In this document: positions 59,417 to 64,000 of the stretch, piece after piece | How positions within the stretch are numbered: position 1 is the first letter of the stretch | Layout of the letters: each line of letters begins with the position of its first letter | Assembly (NCBI GenBank): GCA_965219455.1 | Contig: OZ244744.1 | Span: 1,280,001-1,344,000 of the forward strand | Direction of reading: 5' to 3' | Length of the DNA: 64,000 nt | DNA from: Candidatus Latescibacterota bacterium | GTDB lineage: Bacteria > Latescibacterota > UBA2968 > GCA-2709665 | Notes under the pieces: generated by a model | Seen by the model: only the letters and a program-made list of their open reading frames with translations | The model's database searches: none | What the model was told of the DNA's origin: nothing | Made by a program: the position numbers and the translations under genes

Positions 59417-59689
59417 TTACTCTTTGCGACCCCGTTCGTCGTAAGCCCGTTCGAGGTCCTGTACGACCGCCTGCAGAACCACCCGCGGGTTGCCGGGACG
59501 CTCCTGACATTCGCTCCACTGCCAGTGCGCCAGGTACGCGTCCGTTCCGGCCAGACCCTCCTTCATCGCACGCCGGTCGATCGCCTCCTGAAACCTGGGC
59601 GGCATCTGCCGCGAAACGCGACGTCTACCGTCGAAGACCCGCACCTGCGCTGGGATATCCTTCCAGTAGAGCACCTGGTACTCGGCCAC
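59417..59689 (-). CDS. 'Virulence factor' family small protein (PF13769-like)
   Basis: YWKDIPAQV..RFQEAIDRRAM..GTDAYLAHW signature; this family is commonly found near MTHFR/corrinoid genes. Confidence 0.85.
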   Translation of the reverse strand: MAEYQVLYWKDIPAQVRVFDGRRRVSRQMPPRFQEAIDRRAMKEGLAGTDAYLAHWQWSECQERPGNPRVVLQAVVQDLERAYDERGRKE

Positions 59690-59752
59690 CTGTCACCCCT
59701 TCTCGCGTCTTCAGCGCCCCGCGTTTGGCCACTCGCCGGCGCCGGTCGTTTC

Positions 59753-60772
59753 TCAGGCGTTCCCGTTCTTCGCGGACCCCCCGTTCAACATCCCCCGGAA
59801 AGCCCGGATATGCGACGGACCCGTCCCGCAACAGCCTCCGACGATATGGGCGCCCGCGGCGATCAGATCGGGGACGGAGCGCGCCATATCCTCCGCCGTC
59901 TGGGAATACGTCGTCCGGCCGGTCTTTCTTTCCAGTTGCGGCAGCCCCGCGTTGGGATAGGCCATTAATCTGATCCCTTCAATTCCCCTGGCCTCCATCG
60001 CCTCCCGAAACTGCCGGATCCCGTTGATCGCGTATGACATTCCGGTATGTTCCACCCGCCGGGTCTCTGCGCCGCAGTTCATCCCGATGACGTGCACGTG
60101 ATCCAGGAGATTATCCCCGTCCGAAAACGCTCCGGAACTCAGGAATTCCAGAAGGCTCTCCGCTGAATGCCCCCAGTCCGTCCGGTAAATCACCTCGCCG
60201 GTCTTGCGGTCCTTCGTGTACTTGCAGGTCAGGTTTATGGCAACGGGCAACCCGGTCTTCCTGGCGACGTCCGCCACAATGGCGGCCTCCTTCGCGGAAA
60301 ACATGGTCTCGATGCAAATGAGATCCGCCTCTGCCTCCGCCAGCGCGTGGATCACCTGCTCGTGCGCCGCCCTGACCTTCCCGTCCGCGATACCGAACAC
60401 CGTATCCCCCGCGTCCGACTCGATAGCCCCCGGAGACGGACCGATAGAACCCGCAATATAGACGTCCCTGCCGCTCTTTTCGACTGCCGTTCTCGCGTGT
60501 TCCATGGCCAGCCGGGCAATCGCCCCGGCCTGGGACCCCTCTTTGCCCGCCATTTCCAGGTGCAGGGGCGAAGCGACGAACGTATTGGTCCCTATAACGT
60601 CGGTTCCCATTTCAATATAGGCAGAATGGATATCGACTACCGCAGCCGGATGCAATTCATTCGCAAGCGCGCTGTTCGTCAATTCGATACGCCCTTTGAA
60701 CAACTCCGAACCAAATCCCCCATCGTAAACCATCGGCCTGGAATCTTCCAACCGTTCGAGAAAAGTCTTCAT
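59753..60772 (-). CDS. Homocysteine S-methyltransferase domain protein (MetH N-terminal/BHMT-like)
   Basis: YDGGFGS, TNTF, AGSIGP, IETM, GMNCG, YPNAGLP, GGCCGTGP.HI. Start at ATG 60772. Confidence 0.9.
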   Translation of the reverse strand: MKTFLERLEDSRPMVYDGGFGSELFKGRIELTNSALANELHPAAVVDIHSAYIEMGTDVIGTNTFVASPLHLEMAGKEGSQAGAIARLAMEHARTAVEKSGRDVYIAGSIGPSPGAIESDAGDTVFGIADGKVRAAHEQVIHALAEAEADLICIETMFSAKEAAIVADVARKTGLPVAINLTCKYTKDRKTGEVIYRTDWGHSAESLLEFLSSGAFSDGDNLLDHVHVIGMNCGAETRRVEHTGMSYAINGIRQFREAMEARGIEGIRLMAYPNAGLPQLERKTGRTTYSQTAEDMARSVPDLIAAGAHIVGGCCGTGPSHIRAFRGMLNGGSAKNGNA

Positions 60773-60791
60773 TTCCTTCCCAATTCCTCCC

Positions 60792-61838
60792 CTAACGGTA
60801 AACGTCCAGCGCGCCTTTTCGATAGGCACGCAGATAGCTCTTGCACATAGGATCGCGTCCCAGGAGCATGTCTTCCGCCAGCCGGTAGGGTTCCGTTTCC
60901 CGGTCCATGGAAAAAACGCGTTGCGGGCTGCTGGTTACGGGGTCGACAATCCCGCTGTCCGCTCCGGCCTCGACGGCCAGAATCGTGAACACGTCGTTGA
61001 TGAGACGCCGGCACGGCAGCCCGAATGACACGTTGCTGAACCCGCCCGTGACGTGAATCTCCGGGCCGAACGTCTCTCGAAGCCTCCGGATCGCCTCGAA
61101 ACTGTGATTACCGAACGTGCCGTCCACCGAGATCGGAAAGACCAGAATATCCACGAAGATATCCTGAATACCAATCCCCCGGGCAAGCGCCGCGTCCACC
61201 ATACGTGACGCATTGGCGACACGCTCTCCAGCGTCCTGAGGCATGCCGCTCCCCCCGGCAGCCGTCACAATCACCCTGGAATTGTAGCGCCGGGCCAGAT
61301 CCAGGGCTTCAAGGCGCTCCAGTGAGGCCGAGTTCAGCAGCGCACGGCCGGCCCTGCCGTCGCAGGCTTCCAGCCCCACCTGAATCGTTTCGACATTGGA
61401 GGAGTCCACGGACAGCGGAACCGGGCACACCTCCTGCACGGCCCGCACCAGCCATTGCATGGACGCCTTCTGATCGTCGAGGCGCAATGAGACTTCGTCC
61501 ACGTTCAGATCCAGGTAGCCCGCCGCCGCATCCACCTGGCGCTGCACCAGCCGGTGCAGGTACGCCAGCCCGTCACCTGCGTGCGGCTCCCGCCCGGACA
61601 TCGCCGCATGCAGGGCGATCTTCACGTATTTGACACGTCCCTCTTCGTAGTCCCGGGTCCGCTTGACATCTTCGGGAATCGTGAGGAAGCGTCGTTTCCT
61701 GTGCGTGTCGTAAAAGCGGACCGCCTCCACCCCCGCAGGACGCTTCACGACGAGCTTTCCCTTTCTGAGAACCACCCTTGTGGTGTGGATGTTCTCACCG
61801 ATCACGATAAACTCGCCGTCTCGACCGTCCAATTTCAT
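60792..61838 (-). CDS. Pterin-binding methyltransferase (methyl-THF:corrinoid MT, AcsE / MetH-folate-domain-like)
   Basis: VIGENIHT, LDLNVD, LSVDSS, LLNS, GFSNVSFGLP.R. Confidence 0.88.
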   Translation of the reverse strand: MKLDGRDGEFIVIGENIHTTRVVLRKGKLVVKRPAGVEAVRFYDTHRKRRFLTIPEDVKRTRDYEEGRVKYVKIALHAAMSGREPHAGDGLAYLHRLVQRQVDAAAGYLDLNVDEVSLRLDDQKASMQWLVRAVQEVCPVPLSVDSSNVETIQVGLEACDGRAGRALLNSASLERLEALDLARRYNSRVIVTAAGGSGMPQDAGERVANASRMVDAALARGIGIQDIFVDILVFPISVDGTFGNHSFEAIRRLRETFGPEIHVTGGFSNVSFGLPCRRLINDVFTILAVEAGADSGIVDPVTSSPQRVFSMDRETEPYRLAEDMLLGRDPMCKSYLRAYRKGALDVYR

Positions 61839-61848
61839 CGGGTTGCCC

Positions 61849-63489
61849 TCATTTCACGCGGCCGTGGTGGTCCCGCTCCAGAAATGCGTTCGCCCATGCG
61901 CTCGTTCCCTTCAAGGCGCCGTCCTTGAAGACCGCCGGCCCGTCCAGCATCTTCTCTTCCTCTCCGTATGCCTTGAGCCGTTCGTAGGCCAGCGACCAGA
62001 TGCACGCCTTCTCCCCCACCTCGCATCGTCCGTTTCGCGTTCCGCCGCAGGGGCCGTTGCGCTGGTTCTTGACGCATTGCGACTCGGGGCAGAGAAACGC
62101 GATATCGGGGAGCGAGCAATCGCCGCAGTCCCGGCAATCGAAGCCCGGAATCTTCACCGCCTGCTCCGCTCCATGCACGGCCCTCCGGAGGCGGCTTCCG
62201 GCGCGATCCACGGCCTCGAAGAACTTCTTGCCGATACGAAAAGCGGGGCGACCCTTTTCGAAGACGTGTTCGTGCACGAAGCGGTTGACCTTGTAGCCCG
62301 TGGAAACGCGGCTCCTGGCGGCCCTCAACACCTCGGGATCCTTCGAATGGCGATACTGGCGGTTGACCTCGTCCGAACCCAACCCCGTCGACTCGTCGGG
62401 TTCGAAGAAAAAAAACTCGTCGGGCTGCTGGAAGAGAAACTCATGAACGAAGTCTTTCCAATCCGCTTCACCGAAGCCGCCGGAAATCTCCAGGATTCGC
62501 GCGTAGTCCTCGAACTTCAGGTGTCCGCCAAGATAAGCCCCGCGATATCCCAGCCCCCTGGCGATAGCGCACTGCTTCGCGGCGAACTCCAGGAAGAAGG
62601 CCTTGCCCTTGTCCCGGGAACGGGCGTGCTTCCGCGTCAGCGCGAGCAACTCATCGGTGACAATCACGCCGGGAATGTTGCCCGCGTGAAAAAACCTGGC
62701 CGACGCGGGGCTGAGCACGTACACGTTGGCCAACACCGGCGCCCGTAGATCCTGAAGGGCCATATACTTCAGCAACTCGTCCTGCTTGCGCGCGTCGTAC
62801 CCGATCTGGTTGATGATGAAACCGGCGCCGCTCTCAACCTTTTTCGCCAGCTTGAAATACTGCGGCATCACCTCGCGTTCGTATCGCTTGTGGTTGTTCA
62901 CCACCGCACCCAGAAAGAAATGCGTGGGTTTCAGAAGCTGTTCGCCTCTGCCGCCTTCGAGGCGCATACCGGAATTCATCTCCGAGAACATCTTCAACAG
63001 ACCAACCGAATCGGTATCGAACACGCCGCCTGCCTGCCCGCGATATCCGCTTGCGGGATAGTCGCCCGACAGCGCCAGCACGTTTTCGAATCCTTCGCTT
63101 GCAAGTTCCCAGCCTCTGCTCAGCAGCGCATTCCGGTTCCAGTCCTTGCACGAAACGTGAATGATGACCTCCTGCCCCCGACCGAGCAGGTCGATCCCCA
63201 TCGTGTCCGCGCTGTTCGTGGCATTCCCACCGGGATTGTCGGTAATGCTCAGGGCGTCCACGCCCGGATGGTCGGCAAGCGCTCGCGCGAGATCCAGAAC
63301 GTGGCGCCCGCGGCGCTCGGTAATCACCCCCCGGGAATTGACCAGTTCCACGCAGACGACGAACCCGTCCGTGTCCTGGATCAGGTCGCGCAGGGAGCGT
63401 TTCTTCGTCGCGCTCCGGCCGTGGTTCACTCTGTCGGGAGACGTGGCCATATGGATATTCTCAAGAAGTGATTCGACGTTACGCGTCAC
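61849..63489 (-). CDS. Methylenetetrahydrofolate reductase with fused C-terminal Cys-rich MetV-like domain
   Basis: SITDNPGG, HVSCKDWNR, LSGD, KKVESGA.FIINQ; CRDCGDC..CP..C.K..RNGPCGG..CE..C.W. Start may be 63450. Confidence 0.9.
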   Translation of the reverse strand: MTRNVESLLENIHMATSPDRVNHGRSATKKRSLRDLIQDTDGFVVCVELVNSRGVITERRGRHVLDLARALADHPGVDALSITDNPGGNATNSADTMGIDLLGRGQEVIIHVSCKDWNRNALLSRGWELASEGFENVLALSGDYPASGYRGQAGGVFDTDSVGLLKMFSEMNSGMRLEGGRGEQLLKPTHFFLGAVVNNHKRYEREVMPQYFKLAKKVESGAGFIINQIGYDARKQDELLKYMALQDLRAPVLANVYVLSPASARFFHAGNIPGVIVTDELLALTRKHARSRDKGKAFFLEFAAKQCAIARGLGYRGAYLGGHLKFEDYARILEISGGFGEADWKDFVHEFLFQQPDEFFFFEPDESTGLGSDEVNRQYRHSKDPEVLRAARSRVSTGYKVNRFVHEHVFEKGRPAFRIGKKFFEAVDRAGSRLRRAVHGAEQAVKIPGFDCRDCGDCSLPDIAFLCPESQCVKNQRNGPCGGTRNGRCEVGEKACIWSLAYERLKAYGEEEKMLDGPAVFKDGALKGTSAWANAFLERDHHGRVK

Positions 63490-64000
63490 CGTGGCGATGA
63501 AAAACGGCTGGCATCGGCTTGAACTGGCAACCTTCCACGAACACCTCGAAGAAATCCGGTGTTGTCTCGAGTTCGATATGTTCGATCTGTTTCACCAGCG
63601 CCTCGGCGGACGCCCTCTTTTCACGGGAAAGCAGCACCTCCCGAGCCCCCTGGACCGCCGCGTTCCCGATCTTCACGACGCGGTCCTCCACGATTGGCGC
63701 CAGAAAACCGATCTCAATTGCATTTTGCACGTTCACGTAATTGGCGAATCCCCCGGCCAGGTAGAGCGTGTCGATATCTTCCGGCCCGATGCCGAGGTGT
63801 CGCATCAGGATAAACTGACCGCAGAAATTCGCCGCCTTGGCCTGCGCAAGATTGCTGGCGTCTTCACGGGACAGCGTAATCCCGTACTCCGGGACAACCG
63901 TCACCTCGTAGGACCTGTCCGCAAACATTCCCTTCGGCGCCATAAGGTCATGCCGCCTGAGTTCCGCCAGCAGATCGATCAACCCGGATCCGCATATTCC
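63479..64000 (-). CDS. ASKHA-domain reductive activator of corrinoid proteins (RACo/DUF4445), 3' part only
   Basis: GICGSGLID at the window edge, LAQAKAA, LAGGFANY, IGNAA..GA, HIEL..FF..F. Confidence 0.88.
   Translation of the reverse strand, partial: GICGSGLIDLLAELRRHDLMAPKGMFADRSYEVTVVPEYGITLSREDASNLAQAKAANFCGQFILMRHLGIGPEDIDTLYLAGGFANYVNVQNAIEIGFLAPIVEDRVVKIGNAAVQGAREVLLSREKRASAEALVKQIEHIELETTPDFFEVFVEGCQFKPMPAVFHRHGDA

Overview
GC-rich bacterial chromosomal window. The many eukaryotic-like repeat proteins and the Phe-rich dockerin-like tails suggest a Latescibacterota-like, possibly sponge-associated lineage; this is inference only. Left to right: the 5' part of lon; a small catabolic cluster; TA-like genes; a long operon lepA-lepB-hemW-thrB-SLBB exporter-Wzz-core MetE-giant NHL/FG-GAP protein-tsaC; a decaying ~11 kb island (deletion-eroded addB/addA, an IS1380-broken peptidase gene, a kinase-regulator fusion with two lesions); recD2; nagA divergent from an IMPase-like/LbH/GHMP-kinase operon; a tandem array of surface-protein genes; and a split corrinoid methyl-transfer cluster (RACo, MetF-MetV, pterin-binding MT, Hcy MT, PF13769). 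Main candidates for novelty: (1) five non-CAZyme exported-type proteins share a C-terminal duplicated Ca-loop dockerin-like tag, and three are paralogous metzincin-WD40 fusions with diverging active sites; (2) 27-33 bp CCTGYCTG..CAGRCAGG hairpins occur as filled and empty sites inside the window, inserted next to CG with no target duplication and nested in larger repeats; (3) convergent sigma70-type promoters define a candidate ~120-nt antisense RNA; (4) an atypical sugar kinase/acyltransferase/phosphatase operon. No tRNA, rRNA or CRISPR array was seen. All calls are motif-based by eye; no database searches were run.
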